Source of the DNA: an uncultured Pseudomonadota bacterium | GTDB lineage: Bacteria; Pseudomonadota; Gammaproteobacteria; Burkholderiales; Eutrophovitaceae | Reading direction: 5' to 3' | NCBI GenBank assembly: GCA_937983055.1 | Contig: CALJLA010000023.1 | Span: 1 to 62,840, forward strand | Length of the DNA stretch: 62,840 nt | Shown: in pieces, positions 38,536 through 49,826 of the stretch | How positions within the stretch are numbered: the stretch's first letter is position 1 | Layout of the letters: each line of letters opens with the position of its first letter | Notes under the pieces: generated by a model | The model's input: only the letters and a program-made list of their open reading frames with translations | Database searches by the model: none | What the model was told of the DNA's origin: nothing | Program-made: the position numbers and the translations under genes

Positions 38536-39434
38536 TATTCCCATGAGTGAAGAGAGGCTCAAGAAGCCCATGACCTACCTCCCCTTCATCTGTGGATTCT
38601 TCCTCTTCGGCGTTATCGCTAATCTTTTCTGGGCGCTCTTCTTTCGGCCGCCGGGAGGCCCTGAAGTGGCTCATGGGCGGCGTGTCTTTCTTAACGTCTC
38701 TCAAGAGCAGCTGGAGCAAGCGAAGAAGGATCGGGAGTTAATCGAGCGAGAGATCAATACTGCCCAGAGAGTCGGATCGAAGAAGCTCGAGAAGCTGGCA
38801 AGAATCATTCAGGACGATCAATCCGCCTCCGTTGAAATCAAGCATGCGCGAGCTCTCTTGCGCGCAATTATTGCGGACGCCGTGATCCGAACGCGAGATG
38901 GAAAGCTATGAGTCAGTTTACGCCAGCCCTACAGATTGTTCAGGTGAAGAACGGCTACAAGGTCAACGCTCATTTCCCCAAGGGCGATGAAGAGGGGCAA
39001 GATGGTTTACTCGGCGCCATCTCTACGGTCCACTCCCATGAGCTCGTTTACTACACGATCGATGAAGCGGTCGACTTCGTTCGTCGCTACTTCGACAAAG
39101 CCCACAGGGAGTCCATGACATGATGGATACTCACTTGCGCGATAAGCTCACCTACCGCACCGAGCGCTTGCTCGTCGAAGTCGACAAGCTTCACCAGAGA
39201 GCAGTCGCGCCGTTGAGAGATTTTGACGATAGGGACGTAGACAAGGCCATCGGTATGATCCGTAGCCGACTCTCCGACATCGTCGACCTGCTTGAGGAGA
39301 ACTCAAATGGACCCCAGAGCGATCTGTGAGCGATGCTCGTTAGAGATCGACTTCGACGAAGTCAATGTCTGCGACGAATGCGGGTATGACGGTCTTTGTG
39401 GCGACTGCTACGCCGAGCATGACTGCGAGGAAGA

Positions 39435-39863
39435 ATGAAGGGCAAGCCAACGGTAGCCGTCGACCTTGACGGCGTTCTGGCGAAATACGACGGCTGGAAG
39501 GGCGTCGATCACATCGGCGATCCGATCTACGGCGCGGTGGAGTTCACAAAGCGACTGTCCAAATGGGCTCACGTAACGATCTTCACGACTCGCCTGAATT
39601 GCGAAGTGAACAAGGTCCCGCCCCATTCAATTGACGATCTTTACTACAAGGTTCTCGATTGGCTGAAGAAGCACGCCTTTTCATTCGACGAGATCTATTT
39701 GGGTCAGGGAAAGCCTCTCGCCGTTGCCTATATCGACGACCGGGCGGTCCCCTGCACGCCACAGAGAGAAATCATCACTACCGACGCCTTTCGAGGTGCT
39801 GAAGAGCGCGCGAAAGAGCTCGCGAAGCGCGAATCGAAGGAAACCCACAAGGAGGACTCATGA
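39435..39863 (+). CDS. HAD-superfamily phosphatase/nucleotidase-like protein
   Basis: VAVDLDGVL motif I, IFTTR, GKP...YIDDRA. Confidence 0.85.
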   Translation: MKGKPTVAVDLDGVLAKYDGWKGVDHIGDPIYGAVEFTKRLSKWAHVTIFTTRLNCEVNKVPPHSIDDLYYKVLDWLKKHAFSFDEIYLGQGKPLAVAYIDDRAVPCTPQREIITTDAFRGAEERAKELAKRESKETHKEDS

Positions 39864-40081
39864 GGGTCACGAACGAGAACGTAGACAAGATTTTCAGCTA
39901 CCACGCGCCCGATGAGGAGCAGAAGAGGAAGTATGAGCTCATCCGGGGCGCCGCGAAGAATTTCGCGTGGGTTCTTCTCGACGAAGTTCCGGAATGCGCC
40001 GATCGATCGGTAGCCATTCGCTGTCTTCGCGAATGCGTGATGAACGCCAACGCCGCCATCGCTCTCGATGGGGAGGTTTGA
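39860..40081 (+). CDS. Acb2/Tad1-like helical-hairpin protein (candidate nucleotide-signal sponge)
   Basis: FSYHAP..EQ...Y..IR...P...DRSVAI..LRE..MNANAAIA pattern. Confidence 0.6.
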   Translation: MRVTNENVDKIFSYHAPDEEQKRKYELIRGAAKNFAWVLLDEVPECADRSVAIRCLRECVMNANAAIALDGEV

Positions 40082-40365
40082 TCGTGGCAAAGAAGAAGAC
40101 CTCGAAAAAGCCTCGAGTGAAAGAGGTCGCTCTTGCAAAAAAGCCCTCTGCGAGCCCAATGCTCGCCATTGGCTGGACTGAAGATGCGATCAAGTCTGTG
40201 GTCAACGGGGGAATCAGGTCTGTCGTCGAAATGTTTCCCATGGAGTCGAGGGATTCATCCATGGGAGAGCAAGCGCTTCGAGTGCTTGAGAAGTGCCTTG
40301 AAGCTGGGCCGGTGAAGAACATCTACGTTTCAGATTGCCACTTTGAGCAGAGGTGAGGAGCCAAG

Positions 40366-40566
40366 ATGAAGCTCTACGAATACGCGATCATCCTTCATCC
40401 GACGGAAAGCGAGGCAGAGGACGGCAAGAAGTCGGAGATCGTTGTCGATGTCAGTCGCGTTCTTGCTGGCAACGAGCGCGAGGCCATGATGCACGCCTCG
40501 CGAGCCATTCCAGCGGAATTTGAAAACCGCCTCGACCAACTGGAGATCGCCATCCGCCCTTTTTGA
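40366..40566 (+). CDS. Conserved small phage protein
   Basis: MKLYEYAIILHP...LDQLEIAIRPF with GAGGAG SD. Confidence 0.7.
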   Translation: MKLYEYAIILHPTESEAEDGKKSEIVVDVSRVLAGNEREAMMHASRAIPAEFENRLDQLEIAIRPF

Positions 40567-43246
40567 CCGACCCTCGGCAGGGCGAAAAGCACGTCCCTGC
40601 TGAGGGAGAAGAAGAGATGAAGCAGCTGGCCTATCAGAAGCTGAAAAGGGCCGCTCCGGCTGCTCGGTGGGTCGGGGAGTCTTCTTTCAGCGTTGGCAGC
40701 TTCGGCATGGACAACACAACGCTTTCAAGCAGCCCCCAGGCGACCTACGTCTCTGCCTCCGACGTCAAATAGCCGATGCCTGCTCGCATTCCCGAGGTTT
40801 TGTACGATGAGCCGAAGGACATGTCGCAGCTGACCCGACGCCTTAGCTGCGCAACGCGCGTTGGAGTCTCTGGCCCATTCTCTTTCGATTGCGACAGACC
40901 TCTCTACATCGACTGGTGTCGCTGCAACGTACGCTACCTGAGAAAGCGCGGCATCATCGCCTTCGTCGTCATTCACTCCGATGAGACCTGCTGTGTTTGG
41001 CGCTCGATCTGGGATGAGCGAGAGCTTCGCAGTTGGTACCAAGAGTTTGTTCGCGAGAACCCTGAGATCTCGAACCCTTGGTGGTCCGACTAATCCGATG
41101 GGATGGCTTCGTAGAAAGAACCGAAGAAAGGCTCCGCCGCCTGAGCCCCTGCGCGTAGTCTTCACGCCGAAAGAGGTCTCTGAAGACGCCCTGATAGATC
41201 TCTACGTTGGTCTTGACCAGATTTACAAGCAGGAGGGTGGCGAGGGTCTCGAGCTGAAGTGGGATGAGGGATACGGCGGAGATCAGTACATGAGCTACCT
41301 GATCATGCCGAAAGATGGCCTTGGAGAGGCCTACGAGCGCTTTTCAGTGAAAGCCAGCATCGAGGTCAAGAAATTCGGGCTGAAGATGAAATGAGGCTCT
41401 ATCGAAAGCACTACGAATACTTCTACAGGATAGTCCCGAGGCTCGTCCTTGTCTTGAAGGGCAAGGCAGAGAAGCGGATGACGTTCAATGGCGTGAGCTT
41501 CACCTTGGGGAATAGGCTGAGAATATTTGACTGCTTGAACATCGACCTGAACCGTAGGCGCCTTAGAACGGGAAAGTTACCGCCAGTCCGAGAGCTTCGA
41601 TGCATCTTCCAAATGGAGCACTATCGTTGGCGCTACCTTGTTTACCGAAACAAACACGGGAAGCCGGTCATTTACGAGAATAATTTTTTGGGATTCGGAA
41701 AGCCGGTATACATAGGAGGCGGATGCGTGGTTCCAGGTGGTCGTATTTTCAGATTCTCCGAACCTGCCATGGCTTGCCGCCCTGCTGAGGAGAAGGCCCC
41801 TCCAGTCTCTCTTGCCCTGAAGTATCTGGGTTTGAAATGAACGAGCGTCAGCAAATCGCCTTGGACCACCCCTGCCGAACGAACCAAGACGCCTCCCATG
41901 GGAGATTCAAAATCCTCCAAGATGGCTCGTTCATGAGCGTGCTTACGGTGAATCTCAGCAACGACCCCGATGCCGAGAACTACGCCAGCTGGCAATCGAG
42001 CGTGAGCGTGCTCTACAAGGGAAATCCCACACCCGTGGAAAAGTGGACAAGATCGGCCATTGCCCATGCAATGGCCATTGCCTCTGGCTGGCTCGAGGGC
42101 GTGGGATTTGGCGATCTTGTGGCCCCAAGGCCCGCGCCTGGGGATATTTGCTGGAATTTCTTCCGTCGACTCAGCGATAACGAGCTGCTGAGGGTCGACG
42201 AGCCGAGCCCTAATTAAGGGCCAAGAATCCCCCCTTGCTCGACCGCGGCCCTGTAGCCGCCCTAAGTTATAGCCTGGCAACCATCTGGACCAGGCCATGC
42301 TGCGTAGGAAGTTTTTCCGTCGTACAACGGATAGAGCTCCACGTTTCCTTGAGGACCACCTCGCCCTGATCTTGTTCGGGCGCTGGGTTTGGATCTTCTA
42401 CCCCCATTCGGGCGAGCTCTTCGTCTCCACTGATCGGCCATCCTCCCCCAAGGCTTTGATCGGTGATGGCCACAGTATGGAGCCGCAGCGGAGCGGTGAA
42501 TTTCGCCGCTCCGTCGGAACTCTGAGATTCTTACGAATCCTCATCAAGGACTTCTTCGGCTTTGGCTGGAGGAGCGAAATGGTTGATGAGGAGGAAGAGG
42601 CCTTTGAGCGCGAGCAGGCGCAGACGCTTGAGGATCTCTTTTCCAATGAAGATAACTGGCTTGATTCGGGCAGCCTGCGCCCAATCGAGATCCAATCGGC
42701 GAGCCCGAGCGAAGAGGACACGAATGGAGATTACGCTCAAGAAGGTCGGTGAGATGTTCAAGGAGATCTGCCCCAAGGGCACCAAGATCGACATCGCTGA
42801 AGCGCCCAACAACTATCTGAAGGTCGACTTCAACGGTGACAAAAATCTTCAGATCTCGAAAGACACCCTTCAGCAGACTCTTCAGCTGGAGGGTCGAGAG
42901 GAGATGGTCGAGTCTCTGTACCAGGCAGCTGAATGTGCCTTGCGCGAGCGCATCGATCGTCCGGCGGTTTTCAAGTCGAAGCTTGAGGAGGCGCGCAAGC
43001 GCGAAACCGGTCGCCGAGAAGATATCGACAACCAAGCTCAGGAAATAGCTGAATCCTGATGGAGAAGTCGCTCGAGACCGCGGCTCGAAATGTCGCGCTT
43101 TTGCAACAGGTCGTTGAGGCCTGCATCAACGGAGGCCACCAGCCCGACCCTTCGACGATCGAAGGCTTGATTCGGGCCCAGAAAGAACTCTTTCTGGCCG
43201 AGAAAGAACTCTTCTCTCAGATCGCCAAGAAACAAGAGGCCTACTG

Positions 43247-43759
43247 ATGGACCGCGAGCTCCTGCCTCCTGACGTCGACCCCGAGATCAAGGCTTGCATC
43301 GATCTGCGTGAGAGCCAAGAGCACGAAATGATCTCGAAGAGGGCAGCTGGTTGGAGCTACGCCAGGATCGCCAAGCATTTCGGCCTTTCCGATGCCGTTG
43401 TCGAGCGCAAGTTTCGCGAGGAGCACATCGCCAAGGAGGTGAAGATCGCCGCGGATGCCGTTCGCGAAGCCGTTGTAAACCGATTCGCAATGCTCGGAAG
43501 AAAAGCCGCGGCAACGCTCGAGGAGATCATGGAGGACGATTCTCAGCCGGGCAAGGTGCGGGTCGAGGCGGCCAAAGAGATCCGAACGGGCATCGTCGCT
43601 CTTTCGGAGAAGGCCGACAGGGCTGCTCCAAAGGAAGGAGAGGCTCCAAGCACTGCCATTCAAGTGAATCTGTTCGGGGAAATGTCTCCGGAAGATATCC
43701 CGGATTCGAGAAACGTCATCGCCGTTGCAGATTCCCTCAGAAAAAAACGTCACAGTTAA
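43247..43759 (+). CDS. Terminase small subunit (putative)
   Basis: HTH (GWSYARIAKHFGLS), RVEAAKEI, IQVNL; directly upstream of TerL. Confidence 0.7.
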   Translation: MDRELLPPDVDPEIKACIDLRESQEHEMISKRAAGWSYARIAKHFGLSDAVVERKFREEHIAKEVKIAADAVREAVVNRFAMLGRKAAATLEEIMEDDSQPGKVRVEAAKEIRTGIVALSEKADRAAPKEGEAPSTAIQVNLFGEMSPEDIPDSRNVIAVADSLRKKRHS

Positions 43760-45227
43760 TAACGTCGAAGAGCTCGATGCCTTGGTCGAGGACCCGCGCA
43801 TCGAGCAATCTTTGATACGTGAGCTATGGTTCGCTGGCGAGCTCAGCTACCAGCTGCGCCCGCACGGGCAGATGGACCTCTACCGCTCGGTGAAGACCGA
43901 GCATGCGAGAAATCCAACCCCTGACCCATTCGTCGCCGAAGCTCATCGACGATTTGGAAAGACGTTTTTTTGGGAGCTCTTTGGCTTCGAGGGTTGCCTG
44001 AAAGTCCCCTGGTTTCAGGCCTACTTTGGGGCCCCTACGGCTGAGAACGCGAAGAAATATGTGATTCCGAACATGAATCGCATCCTTCGCGACTGCCCCC
44101 CGGAGCTACGCCCGCACAAGTCAGGCCTCACCTGGACGTTCAAGAACCCGGCCCTGCGCGATCGTGGCGCTGTGCCCGAGCAGGTTTTCCACGTCATGGG
44201 TCTTAACGAGGACCCGGACGGGCCTCGTGGCGGAGCAGCGAACCTTTGGATTCTCGATGAGTGTCGAGAAATCCTTCGCCTGAAGTACATCGTCGAGAAC
44301 GTGATCGCGTACATGTTCGTCAAGCAGACCGACCCCATGCTCGCGATGATTTCTTCGACGCCCGATTCTGCAGCTCACGATTTCTGCGCCTACGCCGATC
44401 GGGCTCAGGCCTCGGGTCGGTACTTCGTGATCAAGGCCTCGGAGAACAAAGACTTCACCAAGGAGGACGAGATGATCGTCCTCTCCATGGTGCCCGAGGG
44501 AAAGAAGTCGATCAGCTGGCTGCGCGAGGCCGAGTGTCAGCGGATCACCGATACCTCGAAGATGATCGTTCCAGAGTATGCCGAGGCTCGAGACGACATC
44601 TTGGTCGAGCACGAGCGGCCGAGCTACTACAACCCCGAGGTCTGCTTCGATATCGGAGCAGGCAAGAGCGACTTTACGCATATGGGCTTCGGTTACGTCG
44701 ACTTCGAAGAAGACCTACTCATCATCGAGGATGAGATTTGGTGCAAGTACAAGTCGACGGGAGAGCTTTCCGGGCTTCTTCGCGAAAAAGAGATGTACCT
44801 TTGGGGTGACCGACCGCTCAAGGTCAAACGATTCGCCGACGCGACCCTGCAGCAGTTGACCGACTTCAAAAAGGACCACAACCTGCAGGTATCTGCCGCC
44901 GTTCGTCATGACAAGGACGTGACGATAAAACGTCTTCGAACAGCGATTCAGAGGCGAAAGATTCGCATCAACCCTCGCTGCAAACATCTCGACAATCAGC
45001 TGCGCAACGGGATTCGCAATGACAAGGGGACTGATTGGGTAAGAAGCGAAGCCTTGGGTCACTGCGACGGAATTGCCATGCTCGGATACTTCAATCGACA
45101 GGCTTCGTGGAAGAAGAACCCATTCCCGGAGCAAAGGGTCAGCTTCGAGAATGCCTTTAGCTACGAGAACACCCAGCGTCGTATTGACGAAGAGGGTGAC
45201 TCCTTCTGGACTGAGGTCTTCTCATGA
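43725..45227 (+). CDS. terL: Terminase large subunit
   Basis: Walker A AHRRFGKT, Walker B LWILDE, SSTP coupling motif, nuclease FDIG...D and HCD. Start uncertain. Confidence 0.92.
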   Translation: MQIPSEKNVTVNNVEELDALVEDPRIEQSLIRELWFAGELSYQLRPHGQMDLYRSVKTEHARNPTPDPFVAEAHRRFGKTFFWELFGFEGCLKVPWFQAYFGAPTAENAKKYVIPNMNRILRDCPPELRPHKSGLTWTFKNPALRDRGAVPEQVFHVMGLNEDPDGPRGGAANLWILDECREILRLKYIVENVIAYMFVKQTDPMLAMISSTPDSAAHDFCAYADRAQASGRYFVIKASENKDFTKEDEMIVLSMVPEGKKSISWLREAECQRITDTSKMIVPEYAEARDDILVEHERPSYYNPEVCFDIGAGKSDFTHMGFGYVDFEEDLLIIEDEIWCKYKSTGELSGLLREKEMYLWGDRPLKVKRFADATLQQLTDFKKDHNLQVSAAVRHDKDVTIKRLRTAIQRRKIRINPRCKHLDNQLRNGIRNDKGTDWVRSEALGHCDGIAMLGYFNRQASWKKNPFPEQRVSFENAFSYENTQRRIDEEGDSFWTEVFS

Positions 45228-47293
45228 GCCCACGAGAATATGTTCGAGAGCGAAGCGAAGAGTACTGGGCTGCGGTAGATGACGAGCAGAAGCTGGCCGC
45301 AAGCTGCATAGATCGCGTGAAGGATTTCCGCGACCGCATGCGAACGTCTCGACAGTGGTCAAGCGCTCGAAGGAACTGGTACTACTACCACAACATCTAC
45401 TTCAAGAATCAGAACGATTACAGCGACACATCGATCCGTGTAATGGGTCGTGACGGGCAGCTTCGAGCGATCAGCCTCAACCACTTTCGAGAGCTGATGT
45501 CTCACATTCTCAATATCGCGACCGAGAACAAGCCCGACTACCAGGCCGAAGCGGTCAACGATGACAATGAGAGCCTGACGAAGGCGAGGCTCGGCGACCA
45601 GATCGTTGGGGACTACCTTTGGGAAAAGAAGCTCGGGAAGAAGATTGTTCGAGCGACGGAAGAAGCCCTGATCCTCCAACAGGGCTTCTTCTCCATGCTC
45701 TGGAATCCGAATATCGGCAGTGTTATCGAGCGCATTTCCGAGGAGGACGATGAAGAAGAGCCCGAGGAGGATTCTCAGCCCGTTGAGACCCTGATTCGTG
45801 AGGGCGATTTCGATTGCCGAAACCCGACGATCTTTGACGTTGTTTGGGATTACTCCAACCCCGACTGGGATCGTTTGCAGTGGGTGATCATTCGCACGCT
45901 CGACAATCGCTGGGACTTAGCGGCAAAGGCTCGCGATGAGGAGACGCTCGAAAGGATCAAGGGGCTTGAGCTTCATGACGATAGCGATGAGCGTCCGGAT
46001 CTGAAGTTCGACGTCTTCGATTTCGACAATCAGTATTCGGACCTTGTCTCGACCTACCACTTTATCCACCTCGAAACCGATGGATGCCCTGGTGGCCGAT
46101 ACTTTCGCTTTGGCGATAACAACACGGCGCTTTCAGAGATACTCAAGTGTCCCTATGACCGCTTGCCGCTGTTTCGCATCGTTCCCGAAGAGCAGCTTCT
46201 GACGAGTTTCGGCTACTCTCGCGCCAACGACCTTCAGGCGGTGCAAGAGGCGATCAACAGTGAGATGTCGACGATTCTCACGAATCACGCCGCCTGTGGC
46301 ATCCAAGTGATATGGAAGCCGGACGGCGCTGAGCTCGATGAGAACATGATCGGCAAGGGCATCTTGATCGTTAGCGGCGGTCAAGTGCCTCCGACGGGCG
46401 TCAACCTTTCGAAGACTCCGCGCGAGTTCTACGAGTTCCACAAGAACCTGACGAAGGCGATGGAGATGATCTCGGGCGTGAACCAGGTCGCCCGAGGCCA
46501 GCCGGAGGCGAATCTTCGAACGGGCGAAGCGCTCAAGGTCTTGGATTCGAAGGCTGTCCAGGCTGCGAGCCCGCTCCTGAAGAGCTACTTCGAGTCGATT
46601 GAGGACTCGGGAACGTTCACCCTCAATCACTTGCCACGCTTCATTAAGGACCAGAAGCGAATCATTCGCGTGGTCGGTGAGAGCGAGCGCGGCCACGTGA
46701 TGAAGTTCACGGCCGCAGAGATCGAAGGCGTTGGTCGTGTGCGCGTACAGGCTGGCAATGCGCTACAGCGAACGATAGCCGGGAAGCTGGCTATCGCCGA
46801 TCGGCTTCTCGATCGAGGCTTCATTCGCACGCCGCAGCACTACATCGAGGTCATGACCACGGGTCGATACGAGCCGCTTGTTCGCGGAGAGCAGGCGGAG
46901 CTCGAGCTCATTCGAGCGGAGAACAAGGCACTTCTCGACGGAGCCGAAGTAACGCCGATGGCGACCGACAATCACGTTCTCCACATTCGAGAGCACCAGG
47001 CGGCCATCAACTCTCCCGATGTCCGAGAAGATCCTGAGCGTTCATCGAAAATGCTGACCCACATACTCATGCACATCACCGAACTCGCGCAGCCGGGTAC
47101 GGTTCTTCTCCAGAGCGCTCTTGGATTTGAGATTCCCCCAATTCTTGCCGCTACGGGAGGAGTGCAGCCTCCTCAAGAGGGAGGCGCCGAGGCCCCGGTT
47201 GGAGATGGAGGTGAATTCCCCCCATCGCCTCCGGGCGATCGAATGGTTGATCCCGACATTCAAAGCACTGAAGCCGCTCCTTCGGCGGCGTAG
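45224..47293 (+). CDS. Portal protein (P22/podovirus-like)
   Basis: 689 aa after TerL; ISGVNQVARG and DNHVLHIREH motifs. Confidence 0.88.
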   Translation: MSPREYVRERSEEYWAAVDDEQKLAASCIDRVKDFRDRMRTSRQWSSARRNWYYYHNIYFKNQNDYSDTSIRVMGRDGQLRAISLNHFRELMSHILNIATENKPDYQAEAVNDDNESLTKARLGDQIVGDYLWEKKLGKKIVRATEEALILQQGFFSMLWNPNIGSVIERISEEDDEEEPEEDSQPVETLIREGDFDCRNPTIFDVVWDYSNPDWDRLQWVIIRTLDNRWDLAAKARDEETLERIKGLELHDDSDERPDLKFDVFDFDNQYSDLVSTYHFIHLETDGCPGGRYFRFGDNNTALSEILKCPYDRLPLFRIVPEEQLLTSFGYSRANDLQAVQEAINSEMSTILTNHAACGIQVIWKPDGAELDENMIGKGILIVSGGQVPPTGVNLSKTPREFYEFHKNLTKAMEMISGVNQVARGQPEANLRTGEALKVLDSKAVQAASPLLKSYFESIEDSGTFTLNHLPRFIKDQKRIIRVVGESERGHVMKFTAAEIEGVGRVRVQAGNALQRTIAGKLAIADRLLDRGFIRTPQHYIEVMTTGRYEPLVRGEQAELELIRAENKALLDGAEVTPMATDNHVLHIREHQAAINSPDVREDPERSSKMLTHILMHITELAQPGTVLLQSALGFEIPPILAATGGVQPPQEGGAEAPVGDGGEFPPSPPGDRMVDPDIQSTEAAPSAA

Positions 47294-47313
47294 ACAGATT
47301 CAAGGAGGTGTAG

Positions 47314-48468
47314 ATGGCTGACAAGAAAGAAAGCGATTCCAAGGAAGAAGAGGTGGTTTGGCCCGAAGACCAGGAGGACTATGACGAGTTCTCGATCTCC
47401 TCGGATGAGCCCGAAGTAAAGGAGCCGACCATTACGGAGGAGCTTCCGACCGAGGGCGAGGGGGAAGAAGAGTCCGAGGGCGAGGATTCGGAATCTTACG
47501 AAGAAAAGGCTGAGTCTGAGGAGGAGGTGTCTGAGGAAGAAGTCGAGGAAGAATCCGAAGAGGAAAGCGATGAAGAGGAGGAGGGCGAAGGTGAGGGTGA
47601 TGACGAAGATGGCGAGGAAGAAGGATCGCCTGTAGAGCTCCCCGATGATGCGGTTCTCCAATTTCCCTCCGACGGAGAGGAAGTGGAGACCACTTACGCC
47701 GAGCTGAAGAAGTCTCACGGGCTCGCGAAGAAGGCGAACCGGGTCATTCAAGAGGCTTCGGAGATGAAGGAACAGGCGAAGGCGGCTCTTGAGGGCCTTA
47801 TGGAGCCTGAAAAGGCTCTCGATGTCTTGGCTGATCTCTACGCCCAATCTCTCGGCGGAGACAAGGAGAAGGCTCGAAGGATCGTTGATCGCGAGGTCGT
47901 TGTCAAGCGCGTTGACGTGATCATGAAGCGCGAGCAGATGACCGAGGAGCAACGCAAGATCTACGATCTCGAGCAAGAGAAAGCCCGTCGAGATGCGGAG
48001 CTTGAAGAGCTTCGAAGCAAGACGGAAGAGTCTGAGAAGAGGCGCGACCTTCAGGCGAAGGCGACCGCAGCCCTTCCCCTTGTTCATCAGTCGATAGAAT
48101 CTCTTGGCCTGAAATCAGGCGGAAAGGTTCAGGAGGACGCGGAGAATGTCCTTGCTCGCCTTCTTTACCAGGGAGAGAATTTGGATGAGATCCTTGTTGA
48201 CTCTACGGTTAGGGCGACTGCTGAACGAATAAAGAGAGAGAGCCCGGATATATGGGCTCTTGATCAAGTCAAGAAGTCGTCGAAGAAGACTGCGAGTAAC
48301 GACAGGGAAGAAACGGAAACGGTTACGCGAAAGTCGAAGCCGGCCACCCGCAAGCGAAAGGCGAAGCCGAAGGGCAGTAAAACGGCTTCCACCTCATCGC
48401 CTAAGAGGCGCCCGCCAAGCGACCAAGATAGCTCGCCATGGAAGGCGGACTACTTCAACGATTGGTGA
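47314..48468 (+). CDS. Scaffolding protein (putative)
   Basis: Very acidic N-terminus, coiled coil and basic tail; between portal and capsid genes. Confidence 0.75.
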   Translation: MADKKESDSKEEEVVWPEDQEDYDEFSISSDEPEVKEPTITEELPTEGEGEEESEGEDSESYEEKAESEEEVSEEEVEEESEEESDEEEEGEGEGDDEDGEEEGSPVELPDDAVLQFPSDGEEVETTYAELKKSHGLAKKANRVIQEASEMKEQAKAALEGLMEPEKALDVLADLYAQSLGGDKEKARRIVDREVVVKRVDVIMKREQMTEEQRKIYDLEQEKARRDAELEELRSKTEESEKRRDLQAKATAALPLVHQSIESLGLKSGGKVQEDAENVLARLLYQGENLDEILVDSTVRATAERIKRESPDIWALDQVKKSSKKTASNDREETETVTRKSKPATRKRKAKPKGSKTASTSSPKRRPPSDQDSSPWKADYFNDW

Positions 48469-48521
48469 TCAGCGCCTGATAGGGAGTCTCTCATCGGGCG
48501 CTTGCGCGATGAGGATTCTCT

Positions 48522-49763
48522 ATGGCTGCTGCCAACGTAGTTAGCACGCTTAACGGCCTCTTCAAGGAGGTCTACGCTGACGATCTTGAGGTTGTCCTTC
48601 CCAAGGGCCTCAAGGTTCAGAACGACATCAAGTTCGCTCCCCGGGCTCAAATGCCCGGAAACCAGTTTCACCAGCCGGTCCTGCTCCAGCACGAGCACGG
48701 CTTCACCTACGCCGCTGCTGGTAGCGGGGTGTTCACGCTCAATGCCTCGGTAGCGGGCAAGACCGAGGATGCGACGATCGTCGGAACGCAGATGATGCTG
48801 CGTTCTCAGATCGGCATCGAGGCCGCGGCTCGAGCGGTCAAGGGCCCGCGTGCGTTCAAGCGCGTCATCGACGTCGTGGTCGAGAACATGACGGCGAGTG
48901 CGCGAAAGCGCATGGAGATCGACTACTTCTACGGCCAGAAGGGGATTGGTAATTGCACCGGTGCAACGATTGCTACGGGTGCCAATGGAACCATCACCTT
49001 CACCAAAGCTGAGTGGGCTCCGGGGATCTGGGCTGGGCAAGAGGATGCGATCTGCGAGATCTTCGACTCAGCGATGACGACCCAGCGCGGTGGCGATCAT
49101 ACGATTACCGAAATCAATATGTCGCTTCGAAGGGTCAAATTCGACTCAGTTAATGCGGGGGTTACCGATGGGGACGTAGTTTTCTTCAAGAGCCAGCGAA
49201 CGACTTCAGCCCACAACGTTTTCGCCGGCCTTCACGCTCTTCTCGACAGCCCGACGACTCTCCACGGGATCACGGTTGCGAACTACAGCTTGTGGTCTCC
49301 GAACTCTGTTGCCATCGGCGGAGCTCTGACCTTTGCCGGCGTCAACGGAGCCATTCCCGATGCGGTTGGGAAAGGGCTCGATGAAGATCTCAGCCTCTAC
49401 ATTTCTCCCGAGGTGTGGGCGGACCTTCTCGACGACGAAGTTGCTCAAAGACGTTGGATTAACTCTCCGAAAACGGGGAGCTATGACGTCGGTGCTGAGG
49501 GCCTGCAGTTCTACAGTCAGAACGGAACGACTACGATCAAGCCGTCGATCTACTGCAAGAACGGACTTGGGTTCGCGATTCCGACCGCGCACTACCGGCG
49601 CATCGGAGCTACGGACCTGACCTACAAGCTGCCGGATCGTGGCGACGAGATGTTCCGACACCTGGAATCGAGCGCTGGTTACGAGCTTAGAAGCTACGTA
49701 AACCACTCTCTCTTCACCCGGTGTCCGGCCTACTCGATCCTTCTTACCGGCATTACGACTTAA
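48522..49763 (+). CDS. Major capsid protein
   Basis: 413 aa after the scaffold gene; N-terminal LNGLFKEVY motif; followed by a hairpin. Confidence 0.85.
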   Translation: MAAANVVSTLNGLFKEVYADDLEVVLPKGLKVQNDIKFAPRAQMPGNQFHQPVLLQHEHGFTYAAAGSGVFTLNASVAGKTEDATIVGTQMMLRSQIGIEAAARAVKGPRAFKRVIDVVVENMTASARKRMEIDYFYGQKGIGNCTGATIATGANGTITFTKAEWAPGIWAGQEDAICEIFDSAMTTQRGGDHTITEINMSLRRVKFDSVNAGVTDGDVVFFKSQRTTSAHNVFAGLHALLDSPTTLHGITVANYSLWSPNSVAIGGALTFAGVNGAIPDAVGKGLDEDLSLYISPEVWADLLDDEVAQRRWINSPKTGSYDVGAEGLQFYSQNGTTTIKPSIYCKNGLGFAIPTAHYRRIGATDLTYKLPDRGDEMFRHLESSAGYELRSYVNHSLFTRCPAYSILLTGITT

Positions 49764-49775
49764 TTCTTCTCGAAG

Positions 49776-49816
49776 CGGGGGCCGCCTCGACCTTCGGAGG
49801 GGATTGGCGGCCCCCA
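49776..49816 (+). terminator. Strong hairpin after the capsid gene
   Basis: GGGGGCCGCC...GGCGGCCCCC stem without a U tract. Confidence 0.5.
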
Positions 49817-49826
49817 GCCCTACGAC

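Noticed and set aside
13266-39863. DNA base hypermodification pathway (ThyX, DUF3310, MazG, HAD)
   Set aside because: The genes are scattered, and no phage polymerase, PurZ or transferase is evident; ordinary nucleotide-pool functions suffice.
47440-47625. GAG/GAA-rich low-complexity tract
   Set aside because: Encodes the acidic N-terminus of the scaffolding protein.
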